Assembly: GCA_963740315.1 (NCBI GenBank)
Contig: CAVUDP010000002.1
Coordinates: forward strand, 3,360,001-3,424,000
DNA from: an uncultured cyanobacterium
GTDB taxonomy: Bacteria; Cyanobacteriota; Cyanobacteriia; Cyanobacteriales; Nostocaceae
Direction of reading: 5' to 3'
Length of the DNA: 64,000 nucleotides
Shown: one piece after another, positions 21,100-32,540 of the stretch
How the letters are laid out: each line of letters opens with the position of its first letter
Position numbering within the stretch: position 1 is the stretch's first letter
The notes under the pieces: generated by a model
What the model was told of the DNA's origin: nothing
What the model saw: the letters and a program-made list of their open reading frames with translations, nothing else
Databases searched by the model: none
Program-made: the position numbers and the translations under genes

Positions 21100-24000
21100 C
21101 TATCTTGCCATTGCAAGAGTGCGACGTTTAGTCACCATTTGATAACCTTCAATAATGTCGCCTTCTTCCCAATTACTGAATTTATCAACGCCGATACCGC
21201 ATTCATAACCAGAGTTGACTTCACGTGTATCTTCTTTCATCCGCTTGAGTGAATCAAGGGCACCTTCAAATATCACATTATTGCCCCGACGAACTCGGAC
21301 TTTGCAGTTACGAAGCAGTTTGCCGGACTGAACGTAGCAACCAGCAACAGCACCGCGTCCCACTGGGAAGACTGCACGTACTTCTGCTTGACCTAAAGAT
21401 TCTTCTACTAATTCTGGCTCCAGTAAACCTTCCAATGCGTCTTGGATGTCTTCTAAGAGTTTGTAGATGATGTTGTATTCTCGAACATCTACACCAGCTT
21501 CGTCTGCTGCTTGTCTTGCACCGCTGGCAAATGTGGTATTGAAACCGATAATTACGGCACCACTGGCTGCTGCAAGGTCAATATCTGTTTGGGTAATTTC
21601 TCCTGGAGCAGATAACAACATCCGAATGTGGATTTCGTTTTGCGGAATTTGTTTGAGCGAACCCAAAATAGCTTCCACAGAACCTTGCACGTCTGCTTTC
21701 AAGATTAAGTTGAGTTCTTTTAACTCGCCTTCTTGTGCTTGTGCTGAAATCGAAGTTAAAGTTACGCGCCCTCCCTGCATTAAGCGGGATTGGCGGATTA
21801 CCTCGGCTCGTTCGTTGGCAAGTAACCGGGCTTCTTTCTCGTTCTTGAAGACTAGGAATTCGTCTCCTGCGAACGGTACGTCATTTAAGCCCAATACCTC
21901 TACAGCAAAGGAAGGACTCGCAATGTCTACTCGCTGGTTTCGATCGTCAACCATTGCCCGGACTTTTCCGAAGACAGAACCGGCTACCAGGATATCTCCT
22001 ACGTGTAGGGTTCCATTCTGAATTAACAAGGTTGCAACTGCGCCTTTTGCTTTATCCAAATGAGCTTCGATCACGGTTCCTTTTGCGGAACGCTCTGGGT
22101 TCGCTTGAAGGTCTTCAACTTCCGAAACTAGCACAATCATCTCTAAAAGCGTATCTAGGTTTTCTCCTTTGATGGCGCTGACGGGAACCATAATTGTGTC
22201 GCCACCCCATTCTTCTGATGTCAAACCATATTGAGTTAGCTCTTGTTTGACTCTTTCTGGCTGGGCGGCTTCTTTGTCAATTTTGTTGATTGCGACAATG
22301 ATCGGTACTTCTGCCGCTTGAGCGTGCTTAATTGCCTCAATTGTCTGGGGACGAACGCCGTCATCTGCTGCCACTACCAATATGGCAATGTCAGTAACAC
22401 GCGCTCCCCTAGCCCGCATTGCCGTGAATGCTTCGTGACCGGGAGTATCTAAGAAGACGATCTGCTGCGGTTTACCTTCATGTTCTATCTCTACATGGTA
22501 AGCACCAATGTGCTGGGTAATACCTCCAGCTTCACCAGAAGCCACTTTCGTTTTTCTAATCGAGTCAAGTAACGTTGTTTTACCGTGGTCTACGTGACCC
22601 ATAATCGTTACTACAGGCGGACGACGATGGAGGTGATCCATATCTTCCAAGTCCAGCATCTCCGTAACTTTACGGGCTTCTGCTTCCGGCTCTGGAGTAT
22701 CAACTAGTACTTCTAACTCTTCAGATACCATGATAACTGTTGAAGTGTCAAGACTTTGGGTAATACTGACCGCAATACCCTTCATAAACAAGATTTTGAC
22801 AATTTCCGTGTCGGGCATTGCCAAAGCATCTGCTAGTTCTTGCACGGTCATTGGACCGCCAACGGTTATTATTTCGGGACGCTGGAGCTTCGGTTCTGTT
22901 TCTGTATTTCCACCGCCGCCGCCGCGCCGACGATTTTGGTCGCGAGAACCGGACTTTCTGACTTTGCTAGGTGCAGCAGGAGTTGGTGCCGTTGTTGGCT
23001 TAGAGCTTTTTGGTTTAGGAGGACGAACTATAGCATTGCTAATTGCCGTTTCCATACTAGAGGCTGCTTCATCATCATCAAGCAGGTCTGCCTCAAAATC
23101 GTCTTCAGCCATTGGCTTCAGACGCTTATTCTTAGCAACCTTACCAGCTTTGGCTGCTTCTTTTGCTTCGTCGATCGCTTCCTCTTGCTTAGAGCGTTTC
23201 TTCTGACCTCTAGGCAGACGAGGAGGTATTGGACGCTTGAGTTCAGCTACTTCTTCAACAACATCATCATCATCTTTGTCATCATCAGTTGAATCGCTAA
23301 TATCCACTTTTGCCGCCGGTCGGGAAGGCGGTCTAAGTGGAGCCGATACGCTCGGAGGCGCTGATGAATCTTGCCGTACCTGCTTTCTAGGACGTGCCAC
23401 ATCATCCGAGCTACCACCAGGTGCTGCTTTTTTCGGCTTTTGCGGTTTTTCTGTTTTCGATACTGGTGCAGTCGTAGGAGTCGTAGGACGCGCCGTCTTT
23501 GATACTGGTACGCTTGAGGGTTCTACAACTTTATCCGCAACTTTATCCGCAGGCGGCTTATTCTTTTGACGTTTTGGTTGATCGCGATCGCGTTTAAGAA
23601 CTGGTTTTTCTACAAGGCTATCGGAACCGGAATCTGGCTTAGCAGCCGCAGGTCTGGTAGGCGGAGCAGTCAGTTCGGGTTTATTCAAGTCTTCCGGTTT
23701 AGATTTGGGTGAAACTAGTCTTTCTGGTTTGCTCAAAGCAGTTTTATCTGATTCTGAGGGGGAGGTGGATGTTAAATTTTCCGTTTTTGCAACGGATACA
23801 GAGTTATTTTGAGAGCGCAAGGGCTGGTTTGGGGAGACGGGTGCAGTTGGTGCCACTGTTTCTATGGACGAGACTGAATTGATTTGATGGTTGGGAGAGG
23901 CAGCATTTGATGCACTCTCGTGGTTTTCTAAATTATTATTGGGTGACTTCAAAGAATCAAGATTATTAGAATTCTTCGGTGGCTTTGGTTTGCTACGAAT

Positions 24001-24258
24001 TTCCAATATTTGTGGTTTACTAGGTGCTTTATTATGGTCGCGAGAACCCTTATTATTTGTACCATGCTCTTTCGACAACCCTAAAGTAGTCGTCAGTTTT
24101 TCTGCTTGGGAACGAATACGTTCTGCATCCGATTCTGAAATCGTGCTGCTATGACTTTTGACCGCGATATTGAGCTGGTCGCAAATTGCTAATAGCTCTT
24201 TGTTTTCCAAATTCAATTCCTTTGATAATTCGTAAATTCTGACTTTGCCGTTGTTCAT
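21100..24258 (-). CDS. infB: Translation initiation factor IF-2
   Basis: [32 protein letters not shown]. Confidence 0.99.
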   Translation of the reverse strand: MNNGKVRIYELSKELNLENKELLAICDQLNIAVKSHSSTISESDAERIRSQAEKLTTTLGLSKEHGTNNKGSRDHNKAPSKPQILEIRSKPKPPKNSNNLDSLKSPNNNLENHESASNAASPNHQINSVSSIETVAPTAPVSPNQPLRSQNNSVSVAKTENLTSTSPSESDKTALSKPERLVSPKSKPEDLNKPELTAPPTRPAAAKPDSGSDSLVEKPVLKRDRDQPKRQKNKPPADKVADKVVEPSSVPVSKTARPTTPTTAPVSKTEKPQKPKKAAPGGSSDDVARPRKQVRQDSSAPPSVSAPLRPPSRPAAKVDISDSTDDDKDDDDVVEEVAELKRPIPPRLPRGQKKRSKQEEAIDEAKEAAKAGKVAKNKRLKPMAEDDFEADLLDDDEAASSMETAISNAIVRPPKPKSSKPTTAPTPAAPSKVRKSGSRDQNRRRGGGGGNTETEPKLQRPEIITVGGPMTVQELADALAMPDTEIVKILFMKGIAVSITQSLDTSTVIMVSEELEVLVDTPEPEAEARKVTEMLDLEDMDHLHRRPPVVTIMGHVDHGKTTLLDSIRKTKVASGEAGGITQHIGAYHVEIEHEGKPQQIVFLDTPGHEAFTAMRARGARVTDIAILVVAADDGVRPQTIEAIKHAQAAEVPIIVAINKIDKEAAQPERVKQELTQYGLTSEEWGGDTIMVPVSAIKGENLDTLLEMIVLVSEVEDLQANPERSAKGTVIEAHLDKAKGAVATLLIQNGTLHVGDILVAGSVFGKVRAMVDDRNQRVDIASPSFAVEVLGLNDVPFAGDEFLVFKNEKEARLLANERAEVIRQSRLMQGGRVTLTSISAQAQEGELKELNLILKADVQGSVEAILGSLKQIPQNEIHIRMLLSAPGEITQTDIDLAAASGAVIIGFNTTFASGARQAADEAGVDVREYNIIYKLLEDIQDALEGLLEPELVEESLGQAEVRAVFPVGRGAVAGCYVQSGKLLRNCKVRVRRGNNVIFEGALDSLKRMKEDTREVNSGYECGIGVDKFSNWEEGDIIEGYQMVTKRRTLAMAR

Positions 24259-24708
24259 CCACTCTTCCCCTATAATTTACAGTTTTAACGGATGGTTGCC
24301 AGCTTTTGCGACATCTCCATCCTTGGTTTACTGTGTAACGGTAGCCATTTTCAATTTGAAAAGGTTCCGACCATTAGGAAAGAGAGATGTGACCGTTGGA
24401 AAACTGGCATCTCCACACCTGCATAATACTGATTAACGCCGCGACTACGCCCGAACGTTACCAAGTGCCGATATTTATTTTTTTGTATGGACGGTGTTTT
24501 TGTTGGGTTTAACACATGAAAGCCTACAATGACTAAGTTTTGCAAGTGCCCTATCATGTAACAGAGCCATGTGTCAATACTCATTTATAATTTTGGCACT
24601 AACTTCTTTACTAAAAGGTAATTCGATCCATATTACTATCGGACATAGCCGGTGTAAGATTCTCAGCAGGAAAATACCCCCACTACCTTCATTACTTTGT
24701 GAAAAAGT

Positions 24709-24972
24709 TTATTGCTCTTTATCACTTTGAGATAAGCGCTCCCACAATGTTTTGTACAGTGTTTCTGGCACTGATGCACGCAACGCTCGTCCTAGCTTAT
24801 TTTTTTTATGAGCAACACTAAGGCAACTCGGATTTGGACAAATATAGGCTGAACGCCCCATGCCCTGATTTAATTGTACCTTTCCTGAAGGAAACACGCG
24901 GACAATCCGCCAAAACTCATGTTTTAAATCAAATTTTCGACAACTAATACAACGCCTCCAATTAGGTTTCAT
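24709..24972 (-). CDS. ylxR: YlxR/DUF448 family RNA-binding protein
   Basis: RRCISCRK...GRSAYIC, located between nusA and infB. Likely ATG at 24972. Confidence 0.92.
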   Translation of the reverse strand: MKPNWRRCISCRKFDLKHEFWRIVRVFPSGKVQLNQGMGRSAYICPNPSCLSVAHKKNKLGRALRASVPETLYKTLWERLSQSDKEQ

Positions 24973-25017
24973 TTTAACGTGCTGATTTAGCTTCAACTAT
25001 CGGCTGCCTTATTGGTA

Positions 25018-26412
25018 TTAATAAATCCTTTGATTCCTAGACTCAAATTCCTCCTCGGTTTCATCGAATAAACTTTTTGGTGCTTTTGAATTAACTTGTT
25101 GATTTTGCGAATCTAAGTTGTCAGACTGTAATCTCTGTACATCAAGTTCTTCGAGTTGTTCAAGTTTTTCAAGTTTTTCAAGTTCTTCTAATTCATCTAA
25201 GTGATCGAGTTCTGCCGCGTGTTGTGCCCTTGCGGCTGCAAATTTTGTATCTTCTGCTTCAAAATCGTACTTCTCTTTGTCTTTGATGTCTATTTTCCAG
25301 CCAGTGAGTCTAGCAGCTAAACGAACATTTTGTCCTTCTTTACCGATCGCTAAACTCAATTGATCTTCGGCTACAAGTACGTGAGTTTGTCTTGTTTCTG
25401 GGTCCATAAGCCGCACATCATCGACTCGCGCCGGACTCAAGGCGTTGGCAATATAAGTTGCTGGATCTGGGGACCAACGAATTACGTCTATTTTTTCGCC
25501 GCGTAATTCATTCACTACTACTTGAATTCTCGAACCACGCGCCCCAATACAAGCACCAACCGGGTCTACATCCCTGTCTAAAGTATCTACAGCTATTTTT
25601 GTTCTCGGTCCGACATAAGTTGATGGGGGATTAGCTTCGCGGGCAACGGCAACAATTCTTACAACTTCGTCCTCAATTTCGGGGACTTCATTGGCAAAAA
25701 GATATACTACTAAACCGGCATCACCCCTGGAAACAAGTAATTGCGGTCCTCGTTGTTGACCCCGCGAGACTTTTTTGAGGTAGACTCGGAAAGTGGCACC
25801 GATACGATAATTATCATTGGGTAGCTGTTCGCGTTTGGGTAATTCCGCTTCTACTTCTGGCTGACCAAAACCGCTGTTTACAGCCATAATTACCGATTGT
25901 CTTTCAAACCGCAGCACTCTTGCGATGAGTACCGTTGCTTCCAAATCTTGGAATTCTTCTTGAATTAATTGTCGCTGTTGGTCGCGCAGTTTTTGCGATA
26001 AAACTTGCTTGGTTTGCATCGCCGCCATGCGACCAAATTCTTTTTTATCGGGGGTTACGTCTACAACTACTTCTTGTCCTACCAATTGCGCCGCATCATC
26101 GCCAAATTCTTCGACTTCTTTGATAACGTCCTTGAGGGCAATTTGATGGTCGGAATTTGTTACTTCTTCAACTATGGTTTTTGTAGAAACAACGCGAAAT
26201 CCTTCATCTTCAATATCTAGTTCTACTTCAAAATTTTCAAAGTAATCTTCATCAAACTGTTTGCGATCTAAATTTTGAGCGCGACGATAGCGTTCGTAAC
26301 CCTTAAGCAGTGCTTCTCTAATTGCCGATTGCACTGCAAGTCTGGGTAAATTTCGTTCCCTACTGATACTTTCAATTAATTCTTTTAATCCAAGTAATTT
26401 AAGCATTGACAT
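25018..26412 (-). CDS. nusA: Transcription termination/antitermination factor NusA
   Basis: [12 protein letters not shown]1 and KH domains, [22 protein letters not shown]. Confidence 0.99.
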   Translation of the reverse strand: MSMLKLLGLKELIESISRERNLPRLAVQSAIREALLKGYERYRRAQNLDRKQFDEDYFENFEVELDIEDEGFRVVSTKTIVEEVTNSDHQIALKDVIKEVEEFGDDAAQLVGQEVVVDVTPDKKEFGRMAAMQTKQVLSQKLRDQQRQLIQEEFQDLEATVLIARVLRFERQSVIMAVNSGFGQPEVEAELPKREQLPNDNYRIGATFRVYLKKVSRGQQRGPQLLVSRGDAGLVVYLFANEVPEIEDEVVRIVAVAREANPPSTYVGPRTKIAVDTLDRDVDPVGACIGARGSRIQVVVNELRGEKIDVIRWSPDPATYIANALSPARVDDVRLMDPETRQTHVLVAEDQLSLAIGKEGQNVRLAARLTGWKIDIKDKEKYDFEAEDTKFAAARAQHAAELDHLDELEELEKLEKLEQLEELDVQRLQSDNLDSQNQQVNSKAPKSLFDETEEEFESRNQRIY

Positions 26413-26647
26413 AAGCTATCTCCTTAAAAAAAATCGCAACTGATAACACCGGAATTAGAGACAATAAATAATCGGTGTGTCCCGAAAAGTTGCTCTTAGG
26501 GTTTCCCCCAAGACCGCACTTTTCGCTTTTAACAAAACGGTCGTCTTGCTTATTGAAAGAACCCAAATTACTCGTTCTTTTAGCAAAAAAAACCGCTCTC
26601 GTTCACCGGGGTTAAAAAGCAGTCCTGGTTAGATAATGTTTACCTAC

Positions 26648-27112
26648 TTAATCCCGTTCTTCGTCTAACTGCACGCTGGTAATATTTGAGCGGGGGATTT
26701 CGATTACACGACCCTTTTTGTTTAAATAAACGCTTTTTTCATCTCGGCGAACCAGTTTCCCATTCCATTCAGAGTGTCCTTGATGGGGTGAAGAAGTGCA
26801 AACTTTAATTGGGAAACCTTTGAAAGAGGTGAATTCTCGGTCAGTTTGCAATTGCTGGGAGATACCAGGACTAGACACTTCCAATACATAGGCATCCGGA
26901 ATAATTGACGCTGCATCCAAACTGGCTTCAAAATTACGGCTCATACGCTCGCAATCATTTAAACTAGTATCTTGCTTGGGATTACGGATGTCTACTCGCA
27001 ATACTGGTGGGCTTTGATTGGTATGAAAAACCACTTTCACGACCTCTAGTTCAAGGTCTTTTGCTACTGGTGTTGCTAAGTCAATGATTTGGGGAACTAA
27101 AGGATGAGTCAT
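26648..27112 (-). CDS. rimP: Ribosome maturation factor RimP
   Basis: MTHPLVPQ start at 27112, YVLEVSSPG motif, operon position. Confidence 0.97.
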   Translation of the reverse strand: MTHPLVPQIIDLATPVAKDLELEVVKVVFHTNQSPPVLRVDIRNPKQDTSLNDCERMSRNFEASLDAASIIPDAYVLEVSSPGISQQLQTDREFTSFKGFPIKVCTSSPHQGHSEWNGKLVRRDEKSVYLNKKGRVIEIPRSNITSVQLDEERD

Positions 27113-27126
27113 GTGGCAATTCCAAC

Positions 27127-27150
27127 AAAAAAAGTGGGCATCTACCCACT
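27127..27150 (-). promoter_or_regulatory. rimP-leader hairpin followed by a U-tract (attenuator-like)
   Basis: Minus strand AGTGGG-TAGATG-CCCACT-TTTTTT just upstream of the rimP start. Confidence 0.65.
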
Positions 27151-27204
27151 CCCTGCGATAAGGATATCTTCCAAGAAGTTTTGCAACGAACTGTAATATA
27201 GCTC

Positions 27205-27306
27205 GTCCGTGGCACACCCACACCTCCCTACGGTTAGATAATGGGCTTCTCAGCGACTCATCTATGATGACATTAACTGAGCTTTAAAGCCGTGTGCCCC
27301 ACGGAC
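27205..27306 (-). ncRNA. Putative structured 5' leader RNA of the rimP-nusA-infB operon
   Basis: Ends pair (GTCCGTGG/CCACGGAC and GCACAC/GTGTGC), with inner CTCAG/CTGAG and TCATC/GATGA stems. A TAAACT -10-like box lies just upstream on the minus strand. Confidence 0.5.
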
Positions 27307-27439
27307 TTATAATCTGAGTTTAACGCATTTTTCCAAAATGCTTGCAGCAAAAAATGTACATTATAATTTCTATTTTAATGAATCTGCTTAAAAATACAGG
27401 GAATGACGAATAGGAAATCAGGAATGGGAACGGCAAAAC

Positions 27440-28879
27440 TTAGGTTAATGGCTTTCTAATCGGAATTGTATCTGCTAACAAGGGAACAGATGTTCGAGCG
27501 TAAGCTCTAGTTTGTTCGAGAATTTGTTCCACCTCCTCAGTTGAAAGGCGCTCAACGTAATTGAGTTTAACTTCTTCTAAGAAGTCGATTAATAAGCTTT
27601 GTATTTCTGAGAGTACTTGTTTTTTTTGGATTTCGTCCGTCATTGCTTTTGAAAAGCGTTTTACCAGTTGGCTTGAGAGTTTGGCGGAAACTGGATCTGC
27701 TGTTGCGGACACTAAAGCATGGTAAAGATTTGTCGCAATTTGAATTGCCAACTGTTCGCTTAACTGATGAGGCATTTGTCCAAGTCCCGGCAGGTTTCGG
27801 AGATTGCGATAGATCGGAGACTGGTTAAATGCGCTATCTATATTGTGCTGTAAAAGAGCAATTATTTCCGGTTGGATTTTTGGTAGCACTTGATAAATAA
27901 CTGTTTGTACGAAAATTCCTGCCAAAGCTTCTATTTCATTAACGTTATTGATGTCTATATAAGGACGTAATGTTTGACTTTGTTGCAGCCAGCGAGTTAA
28001 ATTCCCTTGTTTTATTGAACTTTGAGTTTGATTTATAACTCGTACTACTACAATTTGCGTTATTTCTTCGGCAAAATTAGCTACAATCCCTTGTTGAGCT
28101 TCATATCGTATACTTTGTAAATTTAATAACTCTGCTTTTTCTAAACGAAATAATACAGGTATTATTCGCAACCAACGCCAAAAGGGTAAGATTAAAAATA
28201 TATCGTACCAGCGCCACAAAATAGCATTTAACCAACTAAATCCTAGATGACGGCGTTTTATATAGTAACTACGCGCTAATAATTCAACTGTAAATAAAAT
28301 TACAAAGGGTAAGTCAATTATCCAAAAATTATCTATAAATTCTCCATTTTCGCCAATTTGTCGATAGTAGTTAGTGGCAATTAATGGTTTAATTTGTTTG
28401 TCAAAAAAGTTTAGCTCTTTATCTACACCTTGTTTTAATAAATAATCGGTACTCCAGAAAGTTGAAAAAGAACGTTTTGAGGAATCATTTGAGAGGCGAT
28501 CGCGCATCCGATTTTTGATTTTTTCCAAAGTACCGCTTTTAGAAGCTGCTGCAAATGGATTATTTTCGATTGTTTCTAGGCTCAAACTGCGTAATTCTTC
28601 TATTTTGCTTGCAGATAGTGGCGATTCTAATCCTGTTTCGTTAATTTGCTGCTCCAATTCTTCTACAGTGCTTAAATAATTTTCAGTTTCTCGATGAGGT
28701 TCAATTCCTTTTACAGGATCGTATATTTTTTGGATTTGAGGCAAGTTACGTAAGTAAAAATCACGCCATCCAATGTAAGTTAAGTTAAATAATACCAATC
28801 CCAAGTTTACTGTCGCGGTAAACGCCATCAATCTTTCAAACCAAAGGTTTCGCTTTTTAGCAGGTTCTTTACTTGTCAT
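27440..28879 (-). CDS. Hypothetical membrane protein
   Basis: 479 aa with TM segments and a WRWYDIFLILPFWRWLRIIP ion-transport-like segment. Confidence 0.75.
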   Translation of the reverse strand: MTSKEPAKKRNLWFERLMAFTATVNLGLVLFNLTYIGWRDFYLRNLPQIQKIYDPVKGIEPHRETENYLSTVEELEQQINETGLESPLSASKIEELRSLSLETIENNPFAAASKSGTLEKIKNRMRDRLSNDSSKRSFSTFWSTDYLLKQGVDKELNFFDKQIKPLIATNYYRQIGENGEFIDNFWIIDLPFVILFTVELLARSYYIKRRHLGFSWLNAILWRWYDIFLILPFWRWLRIIPVLFRLEKAELLNLQSIRYEAQQGIVANFAEEITQIVVVRVINQTQSSIKQGNLTRWLQQSQTLRPYIDINNVNEIEALAGIFVQTVIYQVLPKIQPEIIALLQHNIDSAFNQSPIYRNLRNLPGLGQMPHQLSEQLAIQIATNLYHALVSATADPVSAKLSSQLVKRFSKAMTDEIQKKQVLSEIQSLLIDFLEEVKLNYVERLSTEEVEQILEQTRAYARTSVPLLADTIPIRKPLT

Positions 28880-29241
28880 TTTTTCTCAGTACTATTACAT
28901 ATTTAAAATTGAATACAGCGTAATTTATTTACTATTTGTCCAATTTTCTATAGTGCTTATCACTGTGTAAAATCAGCTTTTATAAGAGTATTTTGTATCA
29001 CTTGAAACATTGATTCAATTCAAAATTATTAAGCTATTTATACAAACTATTTAAGATACATCTATAGGAAGATGACAAAAATATTTAATTATAAATATTT
29101 AAAATAATTACAAATAATTTAGATTAATCAAAAAAACATTAATAATAAGAAAAATTTTTGAGAAAAATAGCTTAAATAAACTTAAAATGCAGCTGTAAGG
29201 CTTAAACATGCTGCCGAATTTAATGACTCGGAGTTTTAATC

Positions 29242-30030
29242 ATGTGGTGTGAGTTTAGTAATAAAAGTATTAGTGTAGCAACTGCCTGCTTGATTGCAGG
29301 TGGTGTAGCAGTTTCGAGTACGGTAATAGCCGCTCGTCAGCGGAATTATACTCCACGAGAATTTCGTTCTGTCTTGTACGGATTGGGATACAACGTGAGA
29401 GTATCAAACGAGCCGATGACAGATGCTCAAACAAGAAAAGCAATCCGCGAATTTCAACGGGGGTACAAGATAGGAGTTGACGGTGTAGCAGGACCAAATA
29501 CTCAAAATCTTGCTGCCGAAATTGTTAGAAGTCTCAAGAACAATTTGAATTTGGTAGCTAATCCCAATCCGGAGTTACCTCTCAATCAATTTTACGGACC
29601 AAGAACTCAAGACGTAGTTAAGGAATATCAGGAAAACTTACAGGTAGAACAAACTGGAATCGCTGACTTGGCTTTGCGGCAAAGACTTAATCAACAAGCA
29701 AAACAAGATCCAGCAACACCGGAGGTAACACCATCACCAACCGCGACACCAGAAGTAACTCCAACTCCTGTTATACCATCACCTACACCTACACCAGAAG
29801 AAACACCCGAAGTAACGCCAATACCGGAGGCAACACCCCTACCGACACCATCACCAACAGCGACACCAGAAGTAACTCCAACTCCGGTACTACCAGAACC
29901 AACACCGATTCCAACTCCTACGGAATCACCCGAAGATGAAGATGAGCCAACACCGATTCCCACTCCTACGGAATCACCCGAAGATGAAGATGAGCCAACA
30001 CCGATTCCAACTCCTACGGAATTACCATAG
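29242..30030 (+). CDS. Peptidoglycan-binding domain protein with Pro/Thr-rich tail
   Basis: TRKAIREFQRGYKIGVDGVAGPNT and YGPRTQDVVKEYQ. PT repeats include a near-exact 48-bp duplication. Confidence 0.9.
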   Translation: MWCEFSNKSISVATACLIAGGVAVSSTVIAARQRNYTPREFRSVLYGLGYNVRVSNEPMTDAQTRKAIREFQRGYKIGVDGVAGPNTQNLAAEIVRSLKNNLNLVANPNPELPLNQFYGPRTQDVVKEYQENLQVEQTGIADLALRQRLNQQAKQDPATPEVTPSPTATPEVTPTPVIPSPTPTPEETPEVTPIPEATPLPTPSPTATPEVTPTPVLPEPTPIPTPTESPEDEDEPTPIPTPTESPEDEDEPTPIPTPTELP

Positions 30031-30159
30031 AAGGTTAAAGGGGCATTGGAAATAGTTAGGAGTGAGGAGTAATTAAGGTCAAAGGTTAAAATTCTCCTTG
30101 TCTCCTTGTCTCCTTGTCTCCCCATCCCTCTATTCCCCTATCCCCCATCACCCATATCT

Positions 30160-31047
30160 TTAACCGTTGGGTTCCTCCATCGGTCTACCTTTGGGAACCG
30201 GAAGAAGAGGACGGCGGTCATCATAAGGCATTGGGATGTACTGCACTGAAGGTCTTCCTCCTTGCGGTTGCGGGTACAGCTCCATCAGGTCGTAGACGAT
30301 TCGGGGCAGTCCGGCAGTGACGGGCAGCCCCATTTCCGTTGCTTCTTCAACGGTTATTGGGTAATCGTGAGTAACTTGTCCGGTTGTTAAAGCTTCGATA
30401 ATTTTTTCAATATTCTCTGGGTTAACTTTTTGTTTGGGGATGCAATCTTTAAGTAAAGTCCTAACAAAACGCTGTACTTGATTCATGGCTTTGCGGGATA
30501 AATCAGCCATAATCAAGGTTTGATCGTCAACTTCGCCGATAGGTTTATCTTCAGCAACTTTGATAATACTTGCAGCAGGGTAATTGCCAAGTTGGGGATC
30601 TACAGGTCCGAGAACCGCATTTTCATCCATAACGATTTCATCGGCTGCAAGGGCAAGCATTGTACCGCCACTCATGGCATAGTGAGGTACAAAAACAGTT
30701 ACTTTAGCTTGATGGCGAATTAAAGCCCTAGCAATTTGTTCGGTAGCTAAAACCAAACCACCCGGAGTGTGCAAAATTAAATCGATCGGAACATTTGACG
30801 GAGTTAAACGAATTGCTCGGAGAATTTTTTCAGAATCCTCGATGGTAATGTAGCGCGAAATGGGTACACCCAAGAAACTGATAGACTCTTGACGATGAAT
30901 CAGCAGAATTACCCGACTTTTACGTTGTTGCTGAAACCCATCGAGACTGTGGAAGCGACGATACTCCATTTTACGGCGCTGCCAAATCGGTTGCAAAGAA
31001 GAAAGCAGTAGAAAAATTCCGAATAAATCGAAAATACCAAAATTCAT
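30160..31047 (-). CDS. SDH-family ClpP-fold serine protease (membrane anchored)
   Basis: LHTPGG, AMSGGT, LGPVDPQ, THDYPI. Confidence 0.9.
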   Translation of the reverse strand: MNFGIFDLFGIFLLLSSLQPIWQRRKMEYRRFHSLDGFQQQRKSRVILLIHRQESISFLGVPISRYITIEDSEKILRAIRLTPSNVPIDLILHTPGGLVLATEQIARALIRHQAKVTVFVPHYAMSGGTMLALAADEIVMDENAVLGPVDPQLGNYPAASIIKVAEDKPIGEVDDQTLIMADLSRKAMNQVQRFVRTLLKDCIPKQKVNPENIEKIIEALTTGQVTHDYPITVEEATEMGLPVTAGLPRIVYDLMELYPQPQGGRPSVQYIPMPYDDRRPLLPVPKGRPMEEPNG

Positions 31048-31586
31048 TAGATAAATTGTTGAAATTTAAAACTTTACGTCATTCATTCTCACAATTTTTG
31101 CCACATCGGATGTCTATCTAGAGATAGTTATCGGCGAACATTTATCACTTAGCAGTTACCAGTTAAGATTTCTAAGTGCTGTTCCCCCTCTTTTCGATTT
31201 TGCCTATAGGCTAAGAAGTTGAAAACAAACAATAGGCAAACCATTAGTGAAAACTATCTCCTACTGGTATTTCTTATTGCACATCTTCTCTAGTTAAGTA
31301 AGAAAATTTGATGATAATTATTATAAATCTGCTTTAGTTGGACAAATCTTACTTAAATGTAAAATAATTACTATTAATCTTAGTAATGTACTAATATCTA
31401 ATACAGAATTAAGAAAATTTTTAATGAAGTTAATTAAAGGTTAATTGCTAATGTATTCAGGTTTCATCCGAAATACTTTAACCAAATAAGTCTTTTTAGT
31501 AAATAATATTGCTCGCTGCTTAAAAATTTTGTTTAAAATTCAAGATTTCTAGACAAAATTCGCTCAAAATTCCATTATTTAGGGCT

Positions 31587-32507
31587 ATGTTAAAAAATTT
31601 ACGGCTCAAACAGAAATTTACAGTTTTACTGCTGATAATCCTGATTTTGGGGGTTAGCGTTAGTGGATTTGCTCTATCTTTTGTATTGAGACAAAATGCT
31701 GAACGTGAAGTTGCGGAGACGGCTTTGATTTTAATGGAAACGATGAGTTCGGTTCGCAATTATACTAGTAATCAAATCAATCCAGTATTAACGGATAAAT
31801 TAGTAACAACTTTTTTACCGCAAACCGTACCCGCTTATTCGGCAAGAGAGATATTTGAAAATCTACGAAACAAAAGAAAGTATAGAGACTTTTTCTATAA
31901 AGAAGCAACACTTAATCCTACTAATCTTCGAGATAAAGCCGATCCTTTTGAAGCCAAAATTGTTGAAAGTTTTAGAAATCAGCAACAATCAGAATTAAGC
32001 GGTTTTCGTTCGCTTCCTAGTGGAGACGTTTTCTATTTTGCTCGTCCGTTAGCTGTTACCGAACAAAGTTGTTTGGTGTGTCACAGTACACCAGATGTTG
32101 CACCTCCAAGTATGATCGAGCGTTACGGTACTGCTCATGGTTTTGGGTGGAAGTTAAATGAAATAATCGGCGCTCAAGTGATTTCAGTACCTGCGGATAG
32201 AATTATTCATAAAGCCCACAAATCATCTGTGGTAATTATCGGTATCGTATCTATTATTTTTATCGCAGTGATTGTATTAGTAAATATATTCTTGAATAGG
32301 CAAGTTATACTCCCATTGAAACGGATTACCCGTGTAGCTGAGGAAGTTAGTACCGGACATATGGAAGTTGATTTTGAGCAAGTATCTAATGACGAAATTG
32401 GTAATCTTGCTAGAGCATTTAAAAGAATGAAGTTAAGCTTAGAAATGGCAATGAAGAGAATTCAAAAATCGAATAATATTAATATAAATAGTGAAGAATC
32501 TTTTTAA
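31587..32507 (+). CDS. DUF3365 (Tll0287-like) c-type heme sensor with HAMP domain
   Basis: TM, then YKEATLNPTNLRD and CLVCH, then TM and HAMP (DEIGNLARAFKRM). No output domain. Confidence 0.88.
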   Translation: MLKNLRLKQKFTVLLLIILILGVSVSGFALSFVLRQNAEREVAETALILMETMSSVRNYTSNQINPVLTDKLVTTFLPQTVPAYSAREIFENLRNKRKYRDFFYKEATLNPTNLRDKADPFEAKIVESFRNQQQSELSGFRSLPSGDVFYFARPLAVTEQSCLVCHSTPDVAPPSMIERYGTAHGFGWKLNEIIGAQVISVPADRIIHKAHKSSVVIIGIVSIIFIAVIVLVNIFLNRQVILPLKRITRVAEEVSTGHMEVDFEQVSNDEIGNLARAFKRMKLSLEMAMKRIQKSNNININSEESF

Positions 32508-32540
32508 AAGGATGGGCTGAAAAATCAATTCTTCTTTTAT

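Noticed and set aside
21249..24154. Several plus-strand ORFs within infB, and similar ones opposite the usher-like gene, lysS, nusA and the RND genes
   Set aside because: Antisense shadows of well-supported genes, with no recognisable motifs.
27113..27223. N-terminal extension of RimP
   Set aside because: It overlaps the leader hairpins. The RimP-like sequence begins MTHP at 27112.
27205..27306. 6S RNA or SRP RNA
   Set aside because: Too short for 6S, and I see no SRP GNRA/domain IV motif. Kept only as a putative leader.
29691..30125. Gly/Val-rich 144-aa ORF
   Set aside because: Antisense of the Pro/Thr repeat tail, with its start inside an STRR.
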